A stretch of DNA of 60,401 nucleotides, taken from an uncultured Verrucomicrobiota bacterium. GTDB taxonomy: Bacteria > Verrucomicrobiota > Verrucomicrobiia > Limisphaerales > UBA9464. This document shows, one piece after another, positions 17,379 to 26,984 of this stretch. Each line of letters begins with the position of its first letter. Within the stretch, counting starts at the first letter, position 1. Location: the NCBI GenBank assembly GCA_903835555.1, contig CAILNN010000247.1, positions 1 to 60,401 on the forward strand, in the 5' to 3' direction. The notes beneath the pieces were generated by a model that searched no databases, was not told the origin of the DNA, and was given only the letters and a program-made list of their open reading frames with translations. The position numbers and the translations under genes are program-made.

Positions 17379-20300
17379 TTAGCGCTTAAACAGGGGCGCT
17401 TCGGCTTTACCGTTGCTTTCCAGGTAGGCCATCAAATCGAGGATTTCGTCCTTCTCCAAGATGTTGAGCAACCCTTCCGGCATGGGGGAAACCTTGGATG
17501 CCACACGACCGGTTACCTCCGACTTGGTAAGCTCCTTCTTGACGCCGTTGATGGGGTCGGTCAAGACGAGGTAATGATCGGTCGCATCTTCCAGAAGGCG
17601 ACCAGTTACTTCATCCCCGTTTTTTAAGGTAAATGACGTGGCCTGATATTGCTCGCTGATGACCGCAGAGGGATGAATCATGCTGTCAAGAATGTCGGTG
17701 CGTTTGTACCGGCTGCTTAAGCCGGTCAAATCAGGTCCAACCGCCCCGCCTTCGCCGTTGAATTGATGGCAAATGACACATTGAGCCTCATGGTAGGCGG
17801 TCTTGCCGCGGGCAAAATCTCGCCCACTTCCCACCTGATCCAAGAGCGGTGCCAGGTCCTCGGACTTCCATTCACTGACCAGATGCCGAATGGGAACCGG
17901 GGCTTTTGCTTGGGCGACCGCATGCTTGAAGACATCTCCCGTGATCCAGGGAGCCAATTCTCCCCGCTCATCATCGGACATATTCGCCACCACCTGTTTG
18001 CGAAGATTGCTTAGAAAGTTGCCGTAGCTGGCCCCATTGCCCGCTTCGAGGCCCACATCCTTAAACCATTGAACAAAATCGGCGGGGTGATTGGCGGAAC
18101 TGATCAGGTAATTTCCACCGGCGGGATAGGTGGCACCGCCGTCTCGCTCGGACGGTCGTTGGTGGAACCATGCGAAGTACCGCTTACGCTCCTCTGTGGT
18201 CCAATGATACCGGACGGTGCGCAACGCAGACTGGTAATGAAGTTGCTCTTCCTGAGTGACGGCTTGGTCGCGAAGAGCCAGAGTCTTGGTGACCACGTCA
18301 GGAGCATCCAAGGCGGCCAGAATTTGGGACAATTCCCGATTGAGGGGCCAACTGGTTGACGGATAGCTTCTGCTAAGGCGCTCTATCGCCATCGCGCGAA
18401 GGTCTTCGGGAATGCCGTGGCGGGAAAAACTGACCTCGATGGTCCTCAACTTTAGCAATTGCAACTCTTCTGGGAGCGACTTCAATGGCCACTGACCCAG
18501 CGCCTTGAGCATGGCTGCTTGGTCCGAATCGGTTCCAACCCGCGCCAATGCCAGGAACGCGGTTATCGCGGGCAACGGATTGGTTTCAGCCAATGCCCGG
18601 TCGCGCCACTCCAAGACTGGCTGGGACTCGATTGCCAGCCTGGCTGCGTAGCGCAAATGTCTATCGGACGACGCAAGGTATTTCCAGGCTTTATTGACCG
18701 CGCCCATCGCCACCCTCCCATGGTAGGTTTCCAATTCGTGCCGGATTTTCCGGGCATCCGCTCCCGCGAATGATTTCTTTGGTGTCAACTCTGTGTCAGC
18801 GGTGCCGGGGTGGCTCACGCGATAAAGGCCAGCTTGGGTTCCCCGACCCCCGGTGGTGAAGTAAAGTGCTCCGTCGGGACCGATCTCCATGTCTGTGACA
18901 TTGAGGGGCTTGCCTTTGACAAATGTTTCGAACGTCCCCGAGTAGCTGGCCCCATCCGGTGTTAAGTGAACGGCGACGATTCGGCCATAACTCCAATCCA
19001 TGGCGAAGAGCGCTTGCTGATACTTTGACGGGAATCTCGCTCCCGTGCCAAATTTCACTCCGGTTGGCGAGCCGATACCGACATTGACCACGGGGGGTAA
19101 TGAATCCTGGTAATAGGTCGGCCATTTACCGCTGCCTTCGCGGAACCCTTGATCTCCGCCATCGACGATGTGGTAAATCCGGATAGGACGATACCAAGGC
19201 GTGCCCCAGTCCCATTCCATATCGCTATCAAAACCAAACAGTTCGCCATCCGGGTTAAAGGCGATGTCGTACGTGTTACGCTGTCCGGCCGCGAGTAAGG
19301 TGGGTTCCTTTCCATCCTTATCCAACCGGAGAACAAAGCCGCCGGGCGGTTTGCGACCGGCACCGAAACCGTTTCCGTCCTCCATCCGTCGTAGTACGTG
19401 ATCATCCGCGTAGTTTTTCATCGGAGAGAGTGGGGAGAGGTTCTCCGGGATGTCCACGAAGTTGCCGCAGACAGTGTAGAGGAGTCCATCCGGCCCCAAA
19501 ACGATTCCATGAGCGCCGTGCTCCCCATCGCCACCATCATTTCCAGAGCTTTTCCAGCGGTGTAGCAATTCCACATGGTCGTATTGGTCGTCACCGTTGG
19601 TATCGGTCACCCGGTAGAGGTGATAGCCTTCAGGTCCGCGCCCATTGACATAAAGCGCATTGTAGGCGCATAGAAGCCCCATGGCACTGGTGATTGGAAC
19701 CTTGATGGGTTCCACGCTGGCGACCTGACCGGATTCGGTGAGGGTGATTCGAAGAATCGGTTCATTTCCCTGAGGGCTGACAATCAAACGCCCTTTAGGA
19801 TCGATGGTCATGCTAACCCAGGAGCCTTCCTCCGGTGCAGCACTGCGAAGCAGTTCCACCTTGAACCCCTCCGCCACTTCGATTTGATTGGCAGGGGTTG
19901 CCTCGGGTGCCTTCAAGACGTTGCCCCAGGGCTGGATGCCATAGGCTCCCAATGATTTGGCGGCTACCCATCCGGTGGTGCCATCGGCAGAGGTTTCCCA
20001 ACTGGTATCACTGACGACCAGAAACGCGGGAGCATCGTCACGAAGAAGCTTGAGCTCCACCAAGAGCCCGGCGGGACCACTGTCATTTTTTGCGGTTACC
20101 TCGAGGGTGTGTCGACCCGGGACCAATTTGCTGCGAACGATGCCGCGACTGGGATGACTGAAATCATCATTTTTGGCGGCCACCTTGCCGTCCATCTTGA
20201 CCTCTGCCTGGTTGTCGGCCGAAACGGTCAGTATGACTCGGGTAACACCATCGGGGGCGTCGAAGACCTTTCGGAAGTAACGAGTTTCCTCGTCGTGGGG

Positions 20301-20393
20301 ACTGGTACCCCAAATCCATTCGGGAATCTGCACCGCACCGCAGCAGTTGAGTAAGAGCGCGAGGCCAAGGACAAACGTTATGCAAGACTTCAC
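17379..20393 (-). CDS. PVC-type heme-binding dehydrogenase-domain protein (lectin-like N-domain, beta-propeller, HEAT-like region, cytochrome c)
   Basis: Signal peptide; EWIWG...YFRKVF domain; EHGAHG, RNTYDIAF, DSDMEWD; C-terminal CVICH...GPDL...SPMPEGL. Confidence 0.85.
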   Translation of the reverse strand: MKSCITFVLGLALLLNCCGAVQIPEWIWGTSPHDEETRYFRKVFDAPDGVTRVILTVSADNQAEVKMDGKVAAKNDDFSHPSRGIVRSKLVPGRHTLEVTAKNDSGPAGLLVELKLLRDDAPAFLVVSDTSWETSADGTTGWVAAKSLGAYGIQPWGNVLKAPEATPANQIEVAEGFKVELLRSAAPEEGSWVSMTIDPKGRLIVSPQGNEPILRITLTESGQVASVEPIKVPITSAMGLLCAYNALYVNGRGPEGYHLYRVTDTNGDDQYDHVELLHRWKSSGNDGGDGEHGAHGIVLGPDGLLYTVCGNFVDIPENLSPLSPMKNYADDHVLRRMEDGNGFGAGRKPPGGFVLRLDKDGKEPTLLAAGQRNTYDIAFNPDGELFGFDSDMEWDWGTPWYRPIRIYHIVDGGDQGFREGSGKWPTYYQDSLPPVVNVGIGSPTGVKFGTGARFPSKYQQALFAMDWSYGRIVAVHLTPDGASYSGTFETFVKGKPLNVTDMEIGPDGALYFTTGGRGTQAGLYRVSHPGTADTELTPKKSFAGADARKIRHELETYHGRVAMGAVNKAWKYLASSDRHLRYAARLAIESQPVLEWRDRALAETNPLPAITAFLALARVGTDSDQAAMLKALGQWPLKSLPEELQLLKLRTIEVSFSRHGIPEDLRAMAIERLSRSYPSTSWPLNRELSQILAALDAPDVVTKTLALRDQAVTQEEQLHYQSALRTVRYHWTTEERKRYFAWFHQRPSERDGGATYPAGGNYLISSANHPADFVQWFKDVGLEAGNGASYGNFLSNLRKQVVANMSDDERGELAPWITGDVFKHAVAQAKAPVPIRHLVSEWKSEDLAPLLDQVGSGRDFARGKTAYHEAQCVICHQFNGEGGAVGPDLTGLSSRYKRTDILDSMIHPSAVISEQYQATSFTLKNGDEVTGRLLEDATDHYLVLTDPINGVKKELTKSEVTGRVASKVSPMPEGLLNILEKDEILDLMAYLESNGKAEAPLFKR

Positions 20394-20481
20394 GAGGGAT
20401 GGGATAGGCTAGAAACCGGTAATTGGCAACGGTCGCTTGGCATGAACATTTCGCAGCCTAGATTGTCCTTCTTTCGTAGTT

Positions 20482-21864
20482 ATGAAGCGACCCGCTTTTT
20501 GGTTCCATTGGTTTGTCTCCGGCCTACTGCTGGGGTCTGGAATTCCGTGCTCAGCCGCTGAGAATGGTCCGGCATTAGCTCCCGCCGAGGAATCGTTGGA
20601 TGTCCGGCGTGACCCGACGGTCATCGCTGTGGAAAAGGTACTGCCCAGCGTCGTCAATGTCGCCACTCGCAGCCGGGTGCACAATGACCCTCAAGAACAG
20701 GCTTTTCGTCAATTCTGGGGCTATCAACCTCGGCCCGACGAACAGTCCAGCCGCGGTTCGGGGGTGGTGATCAGCGACGATGGCTATGTCCTCACCAACG
20801 TTCATGTGGTGGGTGACGCGGACGAAATCTGGGTCACATTTTTCGATAATCCCGAGCCGATTCCAGCCGAGCGAATAGCTATTTCGGTCGACAAGGACGT
20901 CGCTCTCCTGAAACTCAAACCGAAGCAAGAACGCCATTTCCGGGCAGTTCATTTCGCCAAGGACGACGACTTGTTTCTCGGGGAAACCGTTCTAGCCCTG
21001 GGCAACCCGTTTGGGCTTGGAAGTTCGGTCAGTCGGGGAATCCTCAGTTCCAAGACGCGGCGACCGGGCGGCGCGGCCCCGCAGGGGGAGCGACTCGACA
21101 TTGCCGATTGGTTGCAAACAGATGCCTCTGTCAATCCCGGCAACTCCGGTGGGCCTTTGGTCAATCTTCGCGGTGAGTTGATTGGCCTTAACGTCGCTAT
21201 CCTCAATCCTCAGTACGGTGCCCAAGGAATTGGATTTGCCATTCCCATTCGTCGGATCAATCAGGCCCTTGCCGAGGTTCTGAGCGGTGAATCCTTGGGT
21301 AGTGGACCCGATCGATTGTGGTTTGGAGCCCGGTTGGAGCCTGGATTGCGACCCCTGACCGTCCAAGCGGTTCAGCCGGCAAGCCCTGCTGCGAAGGCGG
21401 GGCTCAAGTCGCGCGATGTCATTCTTGAGGTCGATGGCAACCGCTCTGGGAGCATGATCGACTTCAATCGGGCACTGGTATCAGCGAGCAACAAACGGGA
21501 CCTGGATCTGACCGTTCGCCGGAACGGGGAGACCCGCCATGTGACCCTCCGATTGCAACAGGAGAGAGAGGTGTTCAACAACGAACTCGTGCGGAAGCAG
21601 CTCGGCCTGACCCTCAAACCCGTCCAAGGAGGATTCGCGGTCGCCTCGGTCGAACGCGGAGGCCCGGCGGCAAAGGCCAATTTGGAACCAGGTAACTACG
21701 TCATCGCCATTGACGGACAGCAGCCGGACGATTTGGTAACCGTCGCTAAATTGGTGGCGAGCAAAGCGCCGGGCGAACCGGTCGAATTGGGCATCCTCAT
21801 GGTTGAAAAGAATGGCTTTTTTACCCGTCGTTACCAAGGGACCGTGGAGCTAAGAGTGCGGTAG
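20482..21864 (+). CDS. HtrA/DegP-family serine protease with two PDZ domains
   Basis: GSGVVI, LTNVHV, DVALLK, QTDASVNPGNSGGPL; signal peptide. Confidence 0.93.
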   Translation: MKRPAFWFHWFVSGLLLGSGIPCSAAENGPALAPAEESLDVRRDPTVIAVEKVLPSVVNVATRSRVHNDPQEQAFRQFWGYQPRPDEQSSRGSGVVISDDGYVLTNVHVVGDADEIWVTFFDNPEPIPAERIAISVDKDVALLKLKPKQERHFRAVHFAKDDDLFLGETVLALGNPFGLGSSVSRGILSSKTRRPGGAAPQGERLDIADWLQTDASVNPGNSGGPLVNLRGELIGLNVAILNPQYGAQGIGFAIPIRRINQALAEVLSGESLGSGPDRLWFGARLEPGLRPLTVQAVQPASPAAKAGLKSRDVILEVDGNRSGSMIDFNRALVSASNKRDLDLTVRRNGETRHVTLRLQQEREVFNNELVRKQLGLTLKPVQGGFAVASVERGGPAAKANLEPGNYVIAIDGQQPDDLVTVAKLVASKAPGEPVELGILMVEKNGFFTRRYQGTVELRVR

Positions 21865-21986
21865 GGCCATTTCGTTGTATTGCACCCATTTTCTGCGGAG
21901 TCCTGAAACTGGTTCATGCATCTGTTGCGGGCCGGAGAATTTGAGCTTTGGACGCGCGTCTCCTCCGCTTAAGGTAGCATGACGCG

Positions 21987-22946
21987 ATGGACGCCACTCC
22001 AATTATTGAGGTAATCGACCTGGTCAAACAGTACCCGGGGCGCACCGCCTTGGACCGGCTCAATTTTGTGGTGGGGCCAGGCGAAGTGGTGGGATTTCTT
22101 GGACCCAATGGTGCTGGCAAGTCCACGACTATGCGTATCCTGTCTGGATTTCTGCCCGCCACCCGGGGAACCGCACGTGTGGCCGGATACGATGTTTTTC
22201 ATGAGGCTGAGGAGGTTCGGCGACGTATCGGGTATATGCCGGAGAATAACCCGCTTCACCTGGACATGCGGGTGCGGGAGTATCTCAAATTTCGAGCCCG
22301 ACTGAAGGGGCTGGGCTGGCGACGGCGACGGCAGCGTATTGATGCTGTGTTGAACCAATGTGGGCTGACAGAGGTCCAGAATCGCATCATCGGACAACTT
22401 TCCAAAGGATTCCGGCAACGGGTTGGTTTGGCCGATGCCTTTGTGCATGAACCGGACCTGATCATTTTGGACGAGCCGACGATTGGTCTGGACCCCCACC
22501 AAATCCGGGCCGTTCGTGCTTTGATCAAGGAGTTGGGCCGGAAGCACACGGTATTCCTCTCCACTCACATTTTGAGTGAAGTTGAAATGACGTGCTCGCG
22601 AGTGATCATCATTCATCAAGGGCGCATTCTCGCCGCCGATACCACTGACAACCTGGAGCGCCAACTCGCGCTGGACGGCCAAGTGATCGCCGAAGTCGCG
22701 GCGTCGGCTGAATCGGTGGCTGAAGCTTTCCGCGATTTTCCCGACTTGGAAGCACTGGATGTGACCGTGATCGATGATGATTTCGTGCGAGCTGCCTTTA
22801 CCCCACGCAATGGCCATGACCTGCGGGCACTCATTTACGACCAAGTTGTACAACGCGGATGGAAACTTCGGGAATTGACCCGTAGTCGGCACTCGCTCGA
22901 AGATATTTTTGTTCATCTCACCAAGAATCGGAAGGAGGAACGATGA
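21987..22946 (+). CDS. ABC transporter ATP-binding protein (GldA-like)
   Basis: GPNGAGKST, LSKGFRQRVG, ILDEPTIGLD. Confidence 0.93.
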   Translation: MDATPIIEVIDLVKQYPGRTALDRLNFVVGPGEVVGFLGPNGAGKSTTMRILSGFLPATRGTARVAGYDVFHEAEEVRRRIGYMPENNPLHLDMRVREYLKFRARLKGLGWRRRRQRIDAVLNQCGLTEVQNRIIGQLSKGFRQRVGLADAFVHEPDLIILDEPTIGLDPHQIRAVRALIKELGRKHTVFLSTHILSEVEMTCSRVIIIHQGRILAADTTDNLERQLALDGQVIAEVAASAESVAEAFRDFPDLEALDVTVIDDDFVRAAFTPRNGHDLRALIYDQVVQRGWKLRELTRSRHSLEDIFVHLTKNRKEER

Positions 22947-23695
22947 CGGTATTCTTTGCTCTGGTGCGCCGGGAGTTGGGCGGTGTCTTTAAATCATGGG
23001 TTGGCTATGTCGTCATGGCTGTGGTGCTTTGGCAATTGGGTTGGTCGCTCCTCAACCTGATCTCGCGTCTTTCAGGAACTTCCGTCACGGTCCCGTTACC
23101 ACAGCTTTTCTATCAAAGCCTCTATTTTTGGATGATCCTGCTGACGACTGCGCCGCTTATCACCATGAGGTCGTTTGCCTCCGAACGTGCCAGCGGAACC
23201 TATGAAGCCTTGATGACCACGCCCGTGGGAGATGTCCAAGTTGTGCTGGCGAAATTTACCGGTTCCCTACTGTTTTATCTGCTGACCTGGCTCCCATTGC
23301 TCGGCGTCTTGGCGGTCCTTAGAGAAGTCACTCAGGAGCCCGCTTTCCTGGAGCCCAATTCGACTGGTGGTGCATTTCTGGGCATCCTTCTCATCGGCGC
23401 ACTGTATCTCGCCATGGGTTGTTTTGCCTCGGCTTTGACCCGTAGCCAGATGGTCGCGGCCATCCTGAGTTTTATGTTGGGGCTGGGATTATGGGGGCTC
23501 AGCCTCAGTTCGGCCGGAGACCGTCCTGCGCTCGGACCGTGGGGACCCGTCCTCGACCACATTTCTGTTATCCGTCAAATGACCGACTTTGCCGCTGGCG
23601 TCATTGATTCGAGGCACCTTGTCTTCTTGATTGGGGGCACCTTTTTCTTCCTCTTTCTGACCACGCGGGTTGTGGAAAGTCGCCGCTGGAAATGA
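22943..23695 (+). CDS. ABC-2 permease (GldF-like)
   Basis: Six TM segments; PLITMRSFASERASGTYEALMTTPV; ends ESRRWK; ATGA overlap. Confidence 0.9.
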   Translation: MTVFFALVRRELGGVFKSWVGYVVMAVVLWQLGWSLLNLISRLSGTSVTVPLPQLFYQSLYFWMILLTTAPLITMRSFASERASGTYEALMTTPVGDVQVVLAKFTGSLLFYLLTWLPLLGVLAVLREVTQEPAFLEPNSTGGAFLGILLIGALYLAMGCFASALTRSQMVAAILSFMLGLGLWGLSLSSAGDRPALGPWGPVLDHISVIRQMTDFAAGVIDSRHLVFLIGGTFFFLFLTTRVVESRRWK

Positions 23696-25215
23696 GCCTG
23701 ATGCCACCCGTCCGCCCTAGCTTTGAACCCGGTCGTCGGTATAGGTACGCCGCGCAACTCGTCATGAGCGTGGCCGCTCTCGCGGTCATCCTCGTGGTAT
23801 GCAACTATTTGGCTGCGACGCGCCAAGTTTGGCGCTACGACTTGAACTCGGCCAATCGGGTTTCCCTTTCCCGGCTGACTCGCCAAACGCTCAGGTCGTT
23901 GACCAACGACTTGACGGTCACGGTTCTTTTTAAAGAAACCTCCGGACTGTTTCCTCATATCGTCACTCTTCTGCGGGAATACGAAGTCGAATCGCCCCGT
24001 GTGAAAGTCCGGTATATCGATTCCGAAAGAGACCCGGAGCGGGCCGGTGTAATGAAGATCCAATACCAATTGGGTACTCGGGTTGGGGATGTCATCGTCT
24101 TTGAACTTGGGGGACAACGACGCGTTGTCGCCGAGTCCGAACTCTCCATCTTTAATCAGGAGGACCTTCGGGCCTTGATGAGCGGTCATTCGGTCGAGGT
24201 GAGACGTTCGGCGTTTCAAGGGGAATGGCGGTTCACGGCGGCCATCCTGGCATTGTTGGATGGTGCCCAAGGGCGAGCCGCGCTCATTGTCGGTCACGGG
24301 GAGCACGCCTGGGACGGCGAAGACAACGACGAAGGCTACGCCAAGTTCGCCCGGCTATTGGACCGTGAGAAAAACTTGGCCATTAGCCCAATCAATCTGA
24401 CGACGAATGATTTCCCGTCGGACTGTCAATTGGCTGTCATCGCGGGTCCCACGGGCCTGTTTCTGCGATCGGAAATCGCGCGGCTCGAAAGTTTCCTCCA
24501 GCGAGGGGGTCGAATACTCCTGTTGCTGAATCCATACGCACCGAGCAACCAGACCGGCTTGGAGCGCTGGTTAACCCATTGGGGAGTGGACGCCCCACCA
24601 CAGTTTGCCGGGGATGCGCCGGATTTCACCGTGGCCCCTCTGGGTCTATCGACAAAATTCTTTGGCACTCACCCGCTGATGACCCCTTTGCGGAGGGCAG
24701 AAGGCGTGCTTTACTTTCCATTTCCGCGCGTGGTCCGTCCGATTCCTGCCCGTCAAATGCCGGCGGATGCACCCAAGGTGGATGTCATCGCCATGACTAG
24801 CCCGGCAGGCTTCACCAAATCGGACTTGGTCAACTTTGCCACCGACCTCGCCAAAGGCGATGTCCGACAAGTGGAGGTTCCCCTGGCGGTCGCTGTTGAA
24901 AAAGGCGGCGTGGCTGGAGTGGCGGCCGCACGTGGCGGTGCACGTATGATCGTCATCGGAGATTCCCACATGTTTGCCAACAATGCTCTGGAACAGCCGG
25001 AAAATACCGCCGGCAATCACGATTTCGCCGCCCTTTGTATCAGTTGGTTGCTGGACCGTCCCCAGGCCCTTGCCATAGGGCCACGTCCAATCCGGGAATG
25101 GCGATTGAAGTTGACCGATCCGCAGGAGCTAACCTTGACCTGGGTGTTGCTCGGCGCGTTGCCGGGTGCCGTTCTTCTGGCGGGGCTGTTGATGTGGTTT
25201 CGTCGTCGTGCATGA
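23692..25215 (+). CDS. GldG-like ABC transporter auxiliary component
   Basis: N- and C-terminal TM; GHGEH; VIAGP...GGRILLL; VIGDSHM. Confidence 0.87.
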   Translation: MSLMPPVRPSFEPGRRYRYAAQLVMSVAALAVILVVCNYLAATRQVWRYDLNSANRVSLSRLTRQTLRSLTNDLTVTVLFKETSGLFPHIVTLLREYEVESPRVKVRYIDSERDPERAGVMKIQYQLGTRVGDVIVFELGGQRRVVAESELSIFNQEDLRALMSGHSVEVRRSAFQGEWRFTAAILALLDGAQGRAALIVGHGEHAWDGEDNDEGYAKFARLLDREKNLAISPINLTTNDFPSDCQLAVIAGPTGLFLRSEIARLESFLQRGGRILLLLNPYAPSNQTGLERWLTHWGVDAPPQFAGDAPDFTVAPLGLSTKFFGTHPLMTPLRRAEGVLYFPFPRVVRPIPARQMPADAPKVDVIAMTSPAGFTKSDLVNFATDLAKGDVRQVEVPLAVAVEKGGVAGVAAARGGARMIVIGDSHMFANNALEQPENTAGNHDFAALCISWLLDRPQALAIGPRPIREWRLKLTDPQELTLTWVLLGALPGAVLLAGLLMWFRRRA

Positions 25216-26975
25216 AGACCCGCTGGACATGGATTTTAGTCGGATCGGCGCTATTGCTGGTGCTGTTCACCTACCTGACGGAACCAGCCCGTGGTGTTCG
25301 TGTGGCGGGCTCGTCCGGTGCGGCTGAGTATGTACCGGTCCTCGCTTCCCAGGTTTCGGCAGTCGAGTTGATCCGAAGCAATTCCGTCGTTCGCGTTGAG
25401 CGGAGTGCGGATGCCTGGAGAATGCGCGAACCGGTGACCTATCCAGCTCAAGCGACCGCTATTGAAGCGTTACTGGCTTCCTTGGAGCATCTAAAGCCCC
25501 GCCGTTGGATGCCGCTGGAGGAAATAGGTGGTTCCGATGCCCTGAAGGCCTTCGGTCTCGGTAGCTCAGCTACTGTTCTTACGCTGGAAACCGCACAGGG
25601 GCCTTGGACCATCAAGATTGGTAACCCCACACCATTGGGTGACCAGTTCTATTTCCAACGGCTTGGGATCGAAGGAGTGTTCACCGCCGAGGGGCGCGTT
25701 TATGACCTTGTTCCGCTTTCGGCCTCAGCTTGGCGCGACCGAAACCTGATCGATCTCCGTAATGAAGTGGTTGACCATTTTGAACTTCGTCGAAAGACGC
25801 CGATCGAAGCCGTGCGCAATCCCCAAACCCACCAGTGGCAATTAGTGAAGCCGCTAGCGGCAAGGGCCAATTCCGACCGAATCAATGGGCTTATCACGAC
25901 ATTGCAAATGACACCAGTTACCGGCTTTGTCAGCGACTCGCCGTTTGTGGACTTGGAAGGGTTTGGGCTTCAGGCACCCGAGGCGGACGTCATTTTGGGT
26001 TCGGTGGGCCGAACCATCGCCCAGCTTCAATTTGGGCACGCAGCCACCAACGCTCCCGGCCAACTGTTCGTCCGCCGTTTGGCCCACACCAACATTGTCC
26101 TGGTACCGACTCCCATCCTCGTGTTGCTCCAGGCACCGCTGGCTGAGTTCAGGGACCGCCTACTGATTCCTCCAGATTGGAATACGACCGGGCTTCAGCT
26201 TCAGTCTGGAAACCGTCAGTGGGTGGCCGAGCGAACAGGAACCAATTGGGCTCTCGTTCGCCCACAGCCAGCTGAGGTCGATCCACTTGAAATGGCGACG
26301 TTACTCAATGGACTCGCCTCCCTAAGAATTCGGGATTTCCCCAGCGACGTGGTTGCTGACTATGGACGCTACGGACTGAATCCGCCGATGTTCTCGGTTC
26401 GGAGCGCCTCCGGGACAAACCAATCGATCGAAATTCAGTTTAGCGCTCCTACGGGCGGCGATACAGTCTATGCCAGACGCAGCGACGAACCGAGCGTTTA
26501 TGCGCTGGACTGGCCAGAAGTCGAACTATTGCCACGCAGCATCGGCCAACTCCGTTCCGTCACTATTTCGCCCACAAAGCTTCAACGGGTTACCATTCGC
26601 CAGATGGGCAGGAAGAGGGAGCTCGAACGAGCCCCTGACGGTACCTGGAAAGTCCTTTCGGGTGCGCCGGGAAATCTGGCGGCACCGGTTCTTGATGAAA
26701 TCGTCTATCGTCTGGGCCATCTGACCACCCGCCGCTGGCCCGTCCCAAACGAGGCTCAGATGACCAATTTACCTTCGGCGCGGGAACTCGATCACGAGGT
26801 TGTTTTCACCTTTGCGGACGGGGCACCCATCCAAAAGCTACGTTGGCGCATTCTAACCGTAAATGATGCCGCTGCCGTCACCCTGCTAAACTTGGATGAT
26901 GACCCCGACCCGGTTGGACGGGAAATCCCCGGTGGCCTTTACGAGGATTTTCGGCGAGAATTTTCGGCACCGTGA
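25212..26975 (+). CDS. DUF4340 domain protein
   Basis: ATG 25212 overlaps the gldG-like stop; three repeats of W...P...A...FGL/YGL; usual partner of GldAFG-like loci. Confidence 0.8.
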   Translation: MKTRWTWILVGSALLLVLFTYLTEPARGVRVAGSSGAAEYVPVLASQVSAVELIRSNSVVRVERSADAWRMREPVTYPAQATAIEALLASLEHLKPRRWMPLEEIGGSDALKAFGLGSSATVLTLETAQGPWTIKIGNPTPLGDQFYFQRLGIEGVFTAEGRVYDLVPLSASAWRDRNLIDLRNEVVDHFELRRKTPIEAVRNPQTHQWQLVKPLAARANSDRINGLITTLQMTPVTGFVSDSPFVDLEGFGLQAPEADVILGSVGRTIAQLQFGHAATNAPGQLFVRRLAHTNIVLVPTPILVLLQAPLAEFRDRLLIPPDWNTTGLQLQSGNRQWVAERTGTNWALVRPQPAEVDPLEMATLLNGLASLRIRDFPSDVVADYGRYGLNPPMFSVRSASGTNQSIEIQFSAPTGGDTVYARRSDEPSVYALDWPEVELLPRSIGQLRSVTISPTKLQRVTIRQMGRKRELERAPDGTWKVLSGAPGNLAAPVLDEIVYRLGHLTTRRWPVPNEAQMTNLPSARELDHEVVFTFADGAPIQKLRWRILTVNDAAAVTLLNLDDDPDPVGREIPGGLYEDFRREFSAP

Positions 26976-26984
26976 CCGCTTTCG

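Noticed and set aside
21987-25215. Gliding motility assignment for the GldA/F/G-like genes
   Set aside because: No gldK-N, spr or T9SS genes in the window; the family is widespread in non-gliding bacteria.
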